Virus record (IMG/VR): IMGVR_UViG_2737471862_000003
Span: 1-44,719 of that record
Strand: one strand, 5' to 3'
DNA from: a virus
Lineage: Duplodnaviria > Heunggongvirae > Uroviricota > Caudoviricetes
Length of the DNA stretch: 44,719 bases
Position 1 is the first letter of the stretch. The number at the start of each line of letters is the position of its first letter. Below the pieces are notes generated by a model. It was not told the origin of the DNA, made no database searches, and saw only the letters and a list, made by a program, of their open reading frames with translations. Positions 12,401-20,619 of this stretch are shown piece after piece. A program made the position numbers and the translations under genes.

Positions 12401-12465
12401 AGCTGCTCTTTAAAATCGGCGGTATCAATGCTTAAATCAATGACAAGGTCAGCAATCTGGTCCAA
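9442..12465 (-). CDS. H: tail tape measure protein H
   Basis: 1007 aa coiled-coil-rich protein with a lambda H-like N-terminus (.DQIADLVIDLSIDTADF...) and C-terminus (...GPEVMQAVYNLGKRAAEDF...DGGQLSGVYR). The apparent start is TTG with a GGGAGG ribosome-binding site upstream. Confidence 0.9.
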   Translation of the reverse strand: MDQIADLVIDLSIDTADFKEQLPRVKNLLNGTAREAERAEARMKRFEESQKQAASATVIQTQAVVKHAQGHVSLAEDVERARLRMEALSRQMREEQVQAAALAAAQDKMAAAFYRQIDSVQQASAGLQELQRIQQQIRQARNSGGIAQQDYLALISEVTAKTRVLTQAEETATRQKTAFIRQLKEQTSRQKMTTTELLRAKAAQLGCSSAAEVYIRKMEKAGNTTHSLGLKSAAARRELGVMIGELARGNFGALRGSGITLANRAGWIDKLMTPKGLAVGGVIGGITAAVIGLGKAWMEGQEEGEAFNRQLELTGHYAGVTAGQLWALSKNLSGNGITQHAMAGSLAQVVGSGAFHGNDIGMVAKAAAQMERSVGQSVSDTISQFKRLKDDPVSAAKALDDELHFLTATQLEQIRVLGEQGRTSDAARIAMSALAEETGKRTSDIDNNLNALGSTLQTLSDWWKQFWDAAMNIGREDSLDAQIASLQEKIQRAKKFPWTKASTTGEYDQQQLDALQERKRQQDLQDAKEQAERNYQEQQKRRNAENAALNRMNETEAARHQREIARINAMQYADQAVRDAAIQRENERYEKAIKKKTPATRNDEATRLLLQYSQQQAQVEGQIAAARQSAGMATERMTEAHKQLLALQQRISDLAGKKLTADEKSVLAHKDELIQALTLLDAKQQELQKQTALNDLKKKTIQLTSQLAEEECAQRQQHDLDVAMAGMGDQQRQRYQSQLRLRQQYQQQLEQLERDSKQKGSYGSDAYRKAEQTLTDSLNRKLNENRRYWQQMDAAQGEWRNGTKRAFMNFTADADNAAGTAEQMFMSAFSSMGNGLATFVTTGKLNFKSFTSSVLSDMAKILAQATMMKAVKGIGSVMGFDFGDVKTNAEGGVYQSADLSRYSGTVVNRPTFFAFAKGAGVMGEAGPEAILPLRRGADGKLGVVAATCGSGMVMFAPQYNIEINNDGQNGQIGPEVMQAVYNLGKRAAEDFMQQQSRDGGQLSGVYR

Positions 12466-12784
12466 ATCTCATTCCTCCCGATATACCTTCCCCCAGATGC
12501 ATCAGCTCTTCATCCGTGCGTTCAGGGATCACCCTGTCATCCGTAACCAGACTGAAATCATCCGCCGGAATACGTTCACCGGACACCATCTGAACCATCA
12601 GCGACTTCAGTGTGGAAATCTGTGCATCCAGCCAGATATCCCCGAAACTCTGCTTCCGGAAGAAATCCCCCCATTCGCCCAGTTCTGACGCTGACATTTC
12701 TGATAACATCCGCCGCCAGTCTGCCCGCCGGAACTCACGGGCAAGCTGCATCACAAACTGCATCTCCCGCGTCAGGACTTTTCC
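12449..12784 (-). CDS. T: T segment of the G-T tail assembly chaperone, expressed by a -1 frameshift from G
   Basis: The 104 aa ORF lies in the -1 frame relative to G and its reading frame runs continuously back across the G stop codon, the same arrangement as lambda G/G-T. Confidence 0.65.
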   Translation of the reverse strand, partial: GKVLTREMQFVMQLAREFRRADWRRMLSEMSASELGEWGDFFRKQSFGDIWLDAQISTLKSLMVQMVSGERIPADDFSLVTDDRVIPERTDEELMHLGEGISGGMRFGPDC

Positions 12785-13161
12785 GGTGTCAGAGGAACCT
12801 GTTCACCGTTCTGAACATCACCGGTGGAGACCGGCATACCACTCAGGGATAAAACCAGACTGCCCCCGTCGCCAAGCGCGTCATAAGACCAGGTGTTTTT
12901 TACATCCTCATTCAGCGCATCCACATCCTGTGACGGGTCCGTATTCCACATTGACCGGGAAACCAGCCAGGCGTTGATATCCATCCCCATACGCAGAAAT
13001 TCAATCTGACGTTCAGCCACCGGCATGGCATCATCCAGGGCGTCAAACTCAGCCGTCCGTTTCTGGACAAACGACAGATATTCCACCCGCTGCAGCCCGG
13101 ACAGTTCTGTCATAACCACAGACTGATCACCGTAATTAAATGTGTCCTGTTTCAGAAACAT
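12772..13161 (-). CDS. G: tail assembly chaperone G
   Basis: 129 aa from the internal ATG (MFLKQDTFNYGDQSVVMTELSGLQRVEYL...), lambda G-like. GGAGAAGG ribosome-binding site upstream. Confidence 0.85.
   Translation of the reverse strand: MFLKQDTFNYGDQSVVMTELSGLQRVEYLSFVQKRTAEFDALDDAMPVAERQIEFLRMGMDINAWLVSRSMWNTDPSQDVDALNEDVKNTWSYDALGDGGSLVLSLSGMPVSTGDVQNGEQVPLTPEKS
12778..12784 (-). other. candidate -1 programmed ribosomal frameshift site for G-T
   Basis: Minus-strand sequence CCG GAA AAG TCC TGA at the end of G. The heptamer G GAA AAG is a lambda-like (G GGA AAG) but non-identical slippery sequence. Confidence 0.4.
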
Positions 13162-13180
13162 AACCTTCTCCGCAAACAAC

Positions 13181-13203
13181 AAAAAAACCCCGGCATACCG
13201 GGG
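13181..13203 (-). terminator. hairpin plus T-run between V and G
   Basis: CCCCGG-CATA-CCGGGG hairpin followed by seven or more T on the minus strand. Could be a partial terminator or an RNA stability element inside the late operon. Coordinates approximate. Confidence 0.4.
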
Positions 13204-13221
13204 TACAAACAGACCGTCTGA

Positions 13222-13962
13222 TTAACCACCATTAACGGTAATACTGGCCACTGCGACCTGTGCGCCACCCGCTGTCATCCCGACAATCGAGGTGCTTCCC
13301 GCTTTCACACCTTTCACCGTGGCCACCATGCCACTCAGTGTAACCGTGGCGATCTCAGGAGAGGATGACGCCACACTCACCGTTTTATCAGATGCATCTT
13401 CCGGTACTGTGCTGAATGTCAGCGTCGTCGTTGCCCCCACCCTGACACTGGCAGATGCCGGTGCCACCGTCAGACCGGTCACGCTAACAAGCCCGGTGCC
13501 TTCCTCTGCCAGATACGGACGTCCCACACCGCTGATTTTCACAGTGCGGGTCATCACCTCTTTAGAGGTAACAGTTTTCCCCAGCGAGCTCAGCCAGCCA
13601 CGGAAAACATCAACAGTGCCGTTGGGATATTTGATACGAAACGCACAGACTTCACCAGAGTCGAACAACTGAACCAGTTTTTTCTGCCCGCTGTCACCCG
13701 GACGCCAGGCCAGCGTCGCCGAAGTATCACCGACGGATTTTTGCCCCTGGGTTGTCGTTTTCCAGTCAGCATTTTCATCATCGAGATAATCGTCATCTTC
13801 CGCATCTGCAGTCATTTCGCCCGGCTGTAAATCCTTCACCATCGCAAGACGCAGCCAGTCAGTATCTGACAACGGAGCCGCAAAGGCGTCCCCTTTGCCG
13901 GTATACATCCAGAACGTCGTCCCCGCGCCCTTCGTTTTTTCCAGTGGATTCGGTGTTGGCAT
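13222..13962 (-). CDS. V: major tail protein V with C-terminal Ig-like domain
   Basis: Translation from the internal ATG (MPTPNPLEKTKGAGTTFWMY...) is lambda V-like and AAGGAG lies 9 nt upstream. The C-terminal region is Thr/Val/Ser-rich, as in an Ig-like domain. Confidence 0.9.
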   Translation of the reverse strand: MPTPNPLEKTKGAGTTFWMYTGKGDAFAAPLSDTDWLRLAMVKDLQPGEMTADAEDDDYLDDENADWKTTTQGQKSVGDTSATLAWRPGDSGQKKLVQLFDSGEVCAFRIKYPNGTVDVFRGWLSSLGKTVTSKEVMTRTVKISGVGRPYLAEEGTGLVSVTGLTVAPASASVRVGATTTLTFSTVPEDASDKTVSVASSSPEIATVTLSGMVATVKGVKAGSTSIVGMTAGGAQVAVASITVNGG

Positions 13963-13976
13963 TACCATCTCCTTGT

Positions 13977-14378
13977 TCAATTTGTATATGTGATCTGATA
14001 CGTGATTTCCGCCATCGCCCAGGTGGCCATCTCGTTATCACGCTGATAGTTAAATCCCTGCGGGATCATGGTATCGATAAGATCTGAAAGTGCCGGAATA
14101 TCTGTCAGAGCCGGGTAAATAATGTCATCCATCCACGTATCCAGTTCTGTATCCGGTGCCTGCGCCCGGATAAAGACCGCGACATGCAGAACCGCCTGCC
14201 AGTCAGCCTCATCCACCATTTTTCCGGTGTACTGCGCATCGCTCAGCCATACCGCCACGGCGGGCAGTTCCTGCGCATCAATAAAAGCAGGAAGTCCATC
14301 GAACAGGACGGTATTCTCCCTGCACGTCGCTTTCAGGCACGACAATACGGCCTGACGAATTTGTGTGTGTCGGTTCAT
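13977..14378 (-). CDS. U: tail tube terminator protein U
   Basis: 133 aa, lambda U-like (…FDG.PAFID…PAVAVWL…IPALSDLI…ITY..). ATGA overlap with Z. Confidence 0.9.
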   Translation of the reverse strand: MNRHTQIRQAVLSCLKATCRENTVLFDGLPAFIDAQELPAVAVWLSDAQYTGKMVDEADWQAVLHVAVFIRAQAPDTELDTWMDDIIYPALTDIPALSDLIDTMIPQGFNYQRDNEMATWAMAEITYQITYTN

Positions 14379-14953
14379 CGGGTCAGATATAACCTCAGTT
14401 GTTGTTTCAGGGCATACCCCAGCTGTTTCGGCATCTCGTTATCAATGACGCTTTTACGGGCATCCTCAAATGCCAGTGTCAGCGGACCGGACAGCGGAAT
14501 TTTCACCACATCAATGGGGTAACGATTTTTGCCGTCAATACGCCGCATCACATGCCAGCGACCGTTCGCCAGTTGCTGAATAAAGGCATTCCGGAAGAGA
14601 TATTTTCCCACTTTCAGCACACTGCCACGGTAATGTAACCTGCCACCACGCCGGGTCATTCTGACCTGTGCAGCCCCCAGTTTTATGGCGGGCAGGTTGC
14701 CGCGATTTACGCGAATACGGGCATACATTTTTCCGTCCGGGCTGGCTTTAAGTACCCTGACACGCTCACGCACCAGTTTCAGGGGGATCCCCTTCACCTG
14801 GTTATCACCAGCCACAGTATTCTGCGCGACCAGCCGTGTGGCGACAGAGACAACCTTTGCCGCCACACGGTTCATCGCCCATGCGCTGGCCTGTGGCACC
14901 ATACGGGTATCAAGGATGTCCAGATTACGGATGGCGTTTTCAAGACCTTTCAT
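14375..14953 (-). CDS. Z: tail completion protein Z
   Basis: Translation from the internal ATG (MKGLENAIRNLD...NGRWHVMRRIDGKNRYPIDVVKIPLSGPL...) is lambda Z-like. Confidence 0.85.
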   Translation of the reverse strand: MKGLENAIRNLDILDTRMVPQASAWAMNRVAAKVVSVATRLVAQNTVAGDNQVKGIPLKLVRERVRVLKASPDGKMYARIRVNRGNLPAIKLGAAQVRMTRRGGRLHYRGSVLKVGKYLFRNAFIQQLANGRWHVMRRIDGKNRYPIDVVKIPLSGPLTLAFEDARKSVIDNEMPKQLGYALKQQLRLYLTR

Positions 14954-15314
14954 AATATCGCCCCGTACTGATATCACCCCGGGAACTGTCACACCGTTGC
15001 AGGCGGATATAACAGCATCCCCTGTCGTCCGGAGTAATGCGATCCACCCGAAAAAGATCCCCACCAACCTCCAGCGTATCCAGACGGCGCAGTCCCGTAA
15101 TATCTGCTGTTTTCACAAACAAAGACGGTGAAGAATCTTCAAACCGTACTCCTCCGGCAACGAACGAAATTTTTTCAGGATCATCAAAAACACCCCTGAG
15201 TGTTTTTCCTTCAAGCTGACCGGACGTAATTACCGCCGTAATCCCCATATGACAAAGAATGACCTCGTCAGCCATGGCGACGGCGGCATCAAACGGATTA
15301 TCGAAATCTGCCAC
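14940..15314 (-). CDS. FII: head-tail joining protein FII
   Basis: 124 aa (MADFDNPFDAAVAMADEVI...GVFDDPEKISF...SSPSLFVKT) matching lambda FII. Confidence 0.9.
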   Translation of the reverse strand: MADFDNPFDAAVAMADEVILCHMGITAVITSGQLEGKTLRGVFDDPEKISFVAGGVRFEDSSPSLFVKTADITGLRRLDTLEVGGDLFRVDRITPDDRGCCYIRLQRCDSSRGDISTGRYYERS

Positions 15315-15327
15315 CTTTCCCCCACAT

Positions 15328-15708
15328 TCAACACATTTTCACGAGGCCACTTTCTGCCATGCTGGCTGCCACCACAGCAGATAGACGAAACACTTCTCCC
15401 GGACGTACAAATGCCACGGGGTTATCCCGTGTGGCGTGGAGTGCATTGACATGTAACATCACCACAGCTTTGACCATGACCATATCCACAGAATTTCGGT
15501 TCTCACTCTCCCCACGTTCGGATCGTGTTTCGTTTTTTTGTTGTGGTTCTTCATCATCCTTATACAGGCCGTCTGAACCATCACTTAATTCTTCTTCCCA
15601 CTCCGCCAGACGTTGTTCAAGATCAGCTTTAGAGCCTGAAATATCGGCATCGCGCCCGAGTACTGCCGCCAGCTCCTGAAGACGCGCTGTTATTTCTTCT
15701 TTTGTCAT
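15328..15708 (-). CDS. FI: DNA packaging / head assembly protein FI
   Basis: Translation from the internal ATG (MTKEEITARLQELAAVLGRD...HATRDNPVAFVRPG.VFRLSA) is lambda FI-like. AGGAGA ribosome-binding site. Confidence 0.85.
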   Translation of the reverse strand: MTKEEITARLQELAAVLGRDADISGSKADLEQRLAEWEEELSDGSDGLYKDDEEPQQKNETRSERGESENRNSVDMVMVKAVVMLHVNALHATRDNPVAFVRPGEVFRLSAVVAASMAESGLVKMC

Positions 15709-15758
15709 CACATCTCTCCTGTGCGATAAAGAAAAAGGCGGGAATATCCCGCCTGACC

Positions 15759-16787
15759 TTATTTCACCTGAACCACCACAAATGCGTCCGGATCCGGCAA
15801 CACCATCAACGGCGCAGACTGCGTCATGGTATATTCGCACCCCGGGTCCCCCACCTCTAACCAGTGTTTCGGATAACGAATTGCAGAGGTGATCCCTTCA
15901 CTCAGCGCCTGGTTATCCTGGATTGCGCCATAACAACGGACACCCTCCACCTGAGTGTTTCCAAGAATCAGTGTGCCTTCCGGCAGATAACGCTGCTCAT
16001 CCCCGTTTTCATCAACATACGTTGTTTTCGCCACCATGATGGCCAGATCACCGTAATAACCTTTAAAAGAAACCACGGACCCCAGATCTTTCAGCGCGGT
16101 TTCCAGTTCAGATTTTGAGCCACGGCGGGTATCCAGTTTTTCACGAAACAGTTTAAAACCGTTCAGCATACGCCAGACAGTACCGTCCATAATCGCAATA
16201 TTGATGGTACCGGAAGCAAAATCGCAGTACGCATCCAGATCATGCGTCGGATCAAAGGTGTCAGTATTCTGTTTTGACCATTCGCGTCCCCCTGCCTGCG
16301 TAATGTTATTGGCGGCAGAACGTCCAAAATCCACTTCCACCGTCTCAAACTGTTCACCGCTCATGGTGTACTTACCCTGCAGAACAGCGCTGACCGCCTG
16401 CATTTCTTCCACCTGCACAATCGCCTGTTCTTCCTGTTTCAGGTTGTCAGTCAGAATACGCAGGCGACGGTAGGCCGGGTCATTAAGACGGGCCGGATCT
16501 TCCCCCGGAAGACGCTCCACCGCCTGCTGATAATCCAGCCGGTGTTTTGGTTTAACATAGCCGGGGCGTAACACGCGGGTTTCACCACCACGACTGCGCA
16601 GTACCTTACCTGACACAACCGGAGACACATATGCCGCAACCGGTGTTTTTCCGGTGATTTTATCCAGCATCACTTCCTGAGTATGGAAAGTGACCGTACG
16701 ACGAAAAAACAGCTCCAGAAACAGCGCACGGAATTTCACTTTCTGCTCGGTGTAGCCGAGCAACTGACGCGTGGTAAATAACCCCAT
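15759..16787 (-). CDS. E: major capsid protein E
   Basis: Translation from the internal ATG (MGLFTTRQLLGYTEQKVKF...) is lambda E-like through the C-terminus (SAPLMVLPDPDAFVVVQV). Confidence 0.95.
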   Translation of the reverse strand: MGLFTTRQLLGYTEQKVKFRALFLELFFRRTVTFHTQEVMLDKITGKTPVAAYVSPVVSGKVLRSRGGETRVLRPGYVKPKHRLDYQQAVERLPGEDPARLNDPAYRRLRILTDNLKQEEQAIVQVEEMQAVSAVLQGKYTMSGEQFETVEVDFGRSAANNITQAGGREWSKQNTDTFDPTHDLDAYCDFASGTINIAIMDGTVWRMLNGFKLFREKLDTRRGSKSELETALKDLGSVVSFKGYYGDLAIMVAKTTYVDENGDEQRYLPEGTLILGNTQVEGVRCYGAIQDNQALSEGITSAIRYPKHWLEVGDPGCEYTMTQSAPLMVLPDPDAFVVVQVK

Positions 16788-16856
16788 AATTGACTTTCCT
16801 TTAAAAACACAAACGGGCCGCATCACGACCCGTTTTTTCAGTTAATCACTTCACCA

Positions 16857-17192
16857 TCAGGCGTGGCTGATGGCACTTCCCACAAACGCGTTGGCTTTTT
16901 TCACCGCATCCACCGAATCCGGCCAGACCAGCGATTCGGTGGCAAACGTACCGCTTTTGTAGTACGTCAGTGTGGGCTCGGTCCCGGCCAGCGCCAGTAC
17001 CAGCACCCCCACAGCCGTTCCGGCTTTCTGACCATCCCATGCCACCAGTTTTCCGCTGGCGTCATCCAGCATCAGTGGCGTCAGTGAAGGCGTGGCAACA
17101 CTGATACCACTGGTACCTGTTGCGGTATATACCGGATCGCTTCCGGCAAAAATGCGCCCGTCCGCGCGCTTTTCTGTGGTGGTTTTAATCAT
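16857..17192 (-). CDS. D: head decoration protein D
   Basis: About 111 aa from the internal ATG, with lambda D-like motifs (TPLMLD...KLVAWDG...YKSGTF). Confidence 0.9.
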   Translation of the reverse strand: MIKTTTEKRADGRIFAGSDPVYTATGTSGISVATPSLTPLMLDDASGKLVAWDGQKAGTAVGVLVLALAGTEPTLTYYKSGTFATESLVWPDSVDAVKKANAFVGSAISHA

Positions 17193-17232
17193 TTTCTCAG
17201 TCTCCTGATTTATCTGAATCACGGATCCCCGC

Positions 17233-18849
17233 TTACGGCATACTCATCAGCAGTTCTTCTTCCCCGTTCCCGGCAGTTCCGCCACCGGAAACGGCACTGG
17301 CGGCATGCTGTGCCATGAAGCGCTCAAAAAGTGTTACCTGTGACGGTTGCGATACTGATGGCGCAGCTGCCAGCAGCGTTTTCGCCTGCTCCACTGTCAT
17401 TCCAGGTTGTTCAGCCAGCGCCTGTGCCAGTTTTTCGCGTCCTTTTGCTTCCGGCAACGCAATAATTTGATCGCCGGTACTTGCCGTACCGGTTGCCGGT
17501 GCCGCTGCCAGTAGCATTTTCGCCTGTTCCACCGTCATTCCCGGCTGTTCAGCCAGCGCCTGTGCGAGTTGTTCACGCCCTTTTGCTTCCGGAAGTGCCA
17601 TAATCTGCTCGCCGGTACTTGCCGCACCGGCAATCGGTGCCGCTGCCAGTAACGTTTTCGCCTGCTCCACCGTCATTCCCGGCTGTTCAGCCAGCGTCCG
17701 TGCCAGTTGTTCACGTCCTTTTGCTTCCGGAAGTGCCACAATCTGATCGCCTGTGCTGTCAGTACCGGCAACCGGTGCTGCCGCCAGTAATGTTTTTGCC
17801 TGCTCAACTGACATTCCCTGCTGACCTGCCAGCATCTGCGCCAGTTTTTCGCGTCCTTTCGCCTCCTGACAATTCAGGATCCCCATCACGCGCTGATTTT
17901 CCTGGGACACCGCTTCAGCAACGGTGAGATTTTTTGTTGTCATCGTATTCTCCTGTGTAACAGAGTCGTTCAGAGCAGAAACCATTACATCAACGGCATC
18001 TGCAGCATTAATCAGTTGATCAGCCAGGCCTGTATCAATGCCTGCCTGACCGTCATAAACGGCAGCCTCAGTATTCATCACCACCGCTGAACTCAGCCCC
18101 GTATAAAGTGCCACCTTGTCGACAAACATCCGGCGGGCCTCATCAATACGGCGCTGAAAATCCGCACGCACACCTGTCGGCAACGCCTGAATACTGTTGC
18201 CGTCAACCTTGTGCTGCCCGGAGTAAATCAGCGTGATATCCACGCCTTCCTGTGCCAGTTGTTTCTCGTAACTGGTGTGCGCCATCATCACACCAATCGA
18301 ACCAATTTTTGCCGTCTGCGTGACCAGCCGACGCGTACAGGCCGCCGCCAGCAACATGGCGGCTGAACAGGCCATGTCATTACACAGCGCCCACACGGGC
18401 TTCTGTTCCCGCAGACGGTAAATCATGTCAGCACAGTCAAACGCCCCGGCAGCCTGACCGCCCGGGCTGTCGATATCCAGTAAAATGCCGCGTACATCCG
18501 GGTCGTTCACCGCTGACTTAAGACGGGCAGTCAGACCGTCATAACCGGTCATACCGGAATATGGCCGCAGGGTACCCATTTTATGTACCAGCGTGCCGCT
18601 CACCGGCAGAATGGCAATACCATTTTTCACCTGGTAACTCTTTACCGGACGCGGACCACCAGTCATATAATCGGTAACCGCCAGCTGCATACCATCGGCA
18701 TCAAGCTGAACGGCCTGCTGCGGAACGGCAAGGCTGCCCGCCCCCATCTCCTTACCCAGTGCGCAAAAGAAAACCCGCGCATAGGCGGGTTCCAGTAAAA
18801 GCGGCTCATTAAATGCCATCGCGGCAATATGTGATAAATTACAGCGCAT
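17233..18849 (-). CDS. C: head maturation protease C (S49/ClpP-like) with nested scaffold (Nu3-like) C-terminal region
   Basis: 538 aa. The N-terminal two-thirds is lambda C-like (HIAAMAFNEPLLLEPAYARVFF...SYQV.NGIA.LPVSGTLV...). The C-terminal third carries the Nu3-like motif (NCQEA.GRE...PGMTV.QAK.LLAAAP) amplified in tandem. Confidence 0.9.
   Translation of the reverse strand: MRCNLSHIAAMAFNEPLLLEPAYARVFFCALGKEMGAGSLAVPQQAVQLDADGMQLAVTDYMTGGPRPVKSYQVKNGIAILPVSGTLVHKMGTLRPYSGMTGYDGLTARLKSAVNDPDVRGILLDIDSPGGQAAGAFDCADMIYRLREQKPVWALCNDMACSAAMLLAAACTRRLVTQTAKIGSIGVMMAHTSYEKQLAQEGVDITLIYSGQHKVDGNSIQALPTGVRADFQRRIDEARRMFVDKVALYTGLSSAVVMNTEAAVYDGQAGIDTGLADQLINAADAVDVMVSALNDSVTQENTMTTKNLTVAEAVSQENQRVMGILNCQEAKGREKLAQMLAGQQGMSVEQAKTLLAAAPVAGTDSTGDQIVALPEAKGREQLARTLAEQPGMTVEQAKTLLAAAPIAGAASTGEQIMALPEAKGREQLAQALAEQPGMTVEQAKMLLAAAPATGTASTGDQIIALPEAKGREKLAQALAEQPGMTVEQAKTLLAAAPSVSQPSQVTLFERFMAQHAASAVSGGGTAGNGEEELLMSMP
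17350..17865 (-). repeat. in-frame tandem repeat of about 138 bp (about 3.7 copies) inside C/Nu3
   Basis: The DNA repeats visibly, and the protein shows repeats of the 46 aa unit EAKGRE.LAQ.LAEQPGMTVEQAKTLLAAAP..G..STGDQI.ALP. Coordinates approximate. Confidence 0.8.
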
Positions 18850-20410
18850 CGCCTTTTTCTCCCGTTGTCTGTCGGATCTGCTGTTGAAACGCGTCCTTTA
18901 TCCAGACCGGACGCGGAAGACCGGCAGCCTGTCGCTCCTGAGTTTCCCGTAGCTGCTGGCGGAAAATCTCCTGATAGTCATCCCCCATCAGGGCCAGCTC
19001 TTTCTCGTATGTACTCAGGCCGCCTTCAATGCGCATCACCGCTTCCTGCACTTCCTTAAGGCCATCAATCGCCATACGACCGGCACCAATCCACTCGGCA
19101 CGGCACCACCCGGAACGGGCCTCCCAGAATGAGAAACGGGATTTCGGCGGACGGATCACGCCACGAATAAGGGCTTCCTCCAGCCAGCAGGCAAACATCT
19201 GTGACGCCAGGCGACTGGCCACAAATTTTCGTTTTCCCATAAAATACCGCCACGACTCATTGGCGGATGCCCTGGCACTGGAATAACTGACCTGTGAATA
19301 ATCCCGGGAAAGCTGCTCATACGACACACCCAGTCCGGCAGCAATGTAACGTAACAGCGCCTTTTCCAGTTCAGAAAAACCATTATCCGCATTCTGGGCT
19401 GTCTGCAGATTCAGTGAATCTCCCGGGTAAAGATGCGGAATACGGACCCCGCCCAGTTTTACCGTATTGGTGGCGTAATAACGCGCGTAGCCTTTCATGA
19501 TGGTGTTCAGGGGATTTTTACCTCCATCTCCCACCCCGGCGATATATTCAAACGCTTTTTCCGAATCCAGTGTGGATTCAATCGTGGCGGCATACATGGC
19601 GCGAACCACCGCCGACTGCAGTTGCGTGGCCTGCAGTGTGTCGAGCATCTTGAGACGCTCCATTACAGAATAAAACTGGTTGGCCCCGCGGGTCTGCCCG
19701 TCTTCCTGTGGCTGAAACACATGGATCATTCCCGGTCGTCCGGAAGGCAGTGTTGCCGTAATTCGTGTCCATTTACTGACACCGTAGCCGGGCCAGTCAT
19801 CATCCTGAACATGGTAGGCCAGCGCTTTTCCGTGTCGGTTTATTTCCACCCCGGCACGCATAAAACGATCGCCGGTACCATAACCGGGTGTACTGACACG
19901 CTTCGGGCTGATGGTTTTGAATTTCGTCCGGAATAATGACGTGGATTCCGCATCCCATACGGGCTGGACAAAAATTTCACCGTTAAACGTATGGACCCCC
20001 ACCCCTTCACGAATGAATTCGGTAAACGAACGACGCCCTTCCACATCCATCGTACCAAACACCGGATCGCAGTATTCCATCCACGCCGCCTCAACATCTT
20101 CAATAAAAGCATGTGAATCTGCTTCCGACATCCCCAGCCAGCGCCAGTTGGGACGGTAACTCAGACGAAACATGTGCCCGACAATATGATCCTTATGAAT
20201 TTCCACTGCATTCGATGCAATACCGTTGTTACGGACCAGATCATCCGCGCGGGCGTTACCCAGATGAATGGAAGGTAAGAGCGCCACGTCGGCACTTTCC
20301 GGTGCAGGCAGCCATTCTGCCATTTGCCCACCGAACCCGGAACCACCACCAGAATATCCCATGCTTTGCCGTAAAGGCTGCCCATGAATATCCACCAGTT
20401 CCCCGTTCAC
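18839..20410 (-). CDS. B: portal protein B
   Basis: 523 aa, lambda B-like length and position between W and C. Overlaps the C start. Confidence 0.9.
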   Translation of the reverse strand: MNGELVDIHGQPLRQSMGYSGGGSGFGGQMAEWLPAPESADVALLPSIHLGNARADDLVRNNGIASNAVEIHKDHIVGHMFRLSYRPNWRWLGMSEADSHAFIEDVEAAWMEYCDPVFGTMDVEGRRSFTEFIREGVGVHTFNGEIFVQPVWDAESTSLFRTKFKTISPKRVSTPGYGTGDRFMRAGVEINRHGKALAYHVQDDDWPGYGVSKWTRITATLPSGRPGMIHVFQPQEDGQTRGANQFYSVMERLKMLDTLQATQLQSAVVRAMYAATIESTLDSEKAFEYIAGVGDGGKNPLNTIMKGYARYYATNTVKLGGVRIPHLYPGDSLNLQTAQNADNGFSELEKALLRYIAAGLGVSYEQLSRDYSQVSYSSARASANESWRYFMGKRKFVASRLASQMFACWLEEALIRGVIRPPKSRFSFWEARSGWCRAEWIGAGRMAIDGLKEVQEAVMRIEGGLSTYEKELALMGDDYQEIFRQQLRETQERQAAGLPRPVWIKDAFQQQIRQTTGEKGDAL

Positions 20411-20616
20411 AGCCCCACTCCTGCCGGGCCACGACGCCGTCCGGATACACCCAGCGCACTTTCCAGCTCTTCAATATACTGACGCAGTTCACCAATTGTC
20501 GCCCGCGAATACTGAACCTGACGCCCGTCCTTGCTGACGGAAACCACAGCACGTCCGATCATCAGTTCATGTAACGCCCGGCGGGCATCGCATAGCATTT
20601 CATGCGTATAAATCAT
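20407..20616 (-). CDS. W: head-tail connector protein W
   Basis: About 69 aa (…ARRALHELMIGRAVV.V.KDGR.V...RRRGPAG) matching lambda W. Confidence 0.85.
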   Translation of the reverse strand: MIYTHEMLCDARRALHELMIGRAVVSVSKDGRQVQYSRATIGELRQYIEELESALGVSGRRRGPAGVGL

Positions 20617-20619
20617 CAC

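Noticed and set aside
17350-17865. Possible CRISPR array, suggested by regularly spaced repeats
   Set aside because: The repeats are 138 bp in-frame tandem duplications within a protein-coding gene, with no short spacer/repeat alternation. No CRISPR-like array was seen anywhere in the window.
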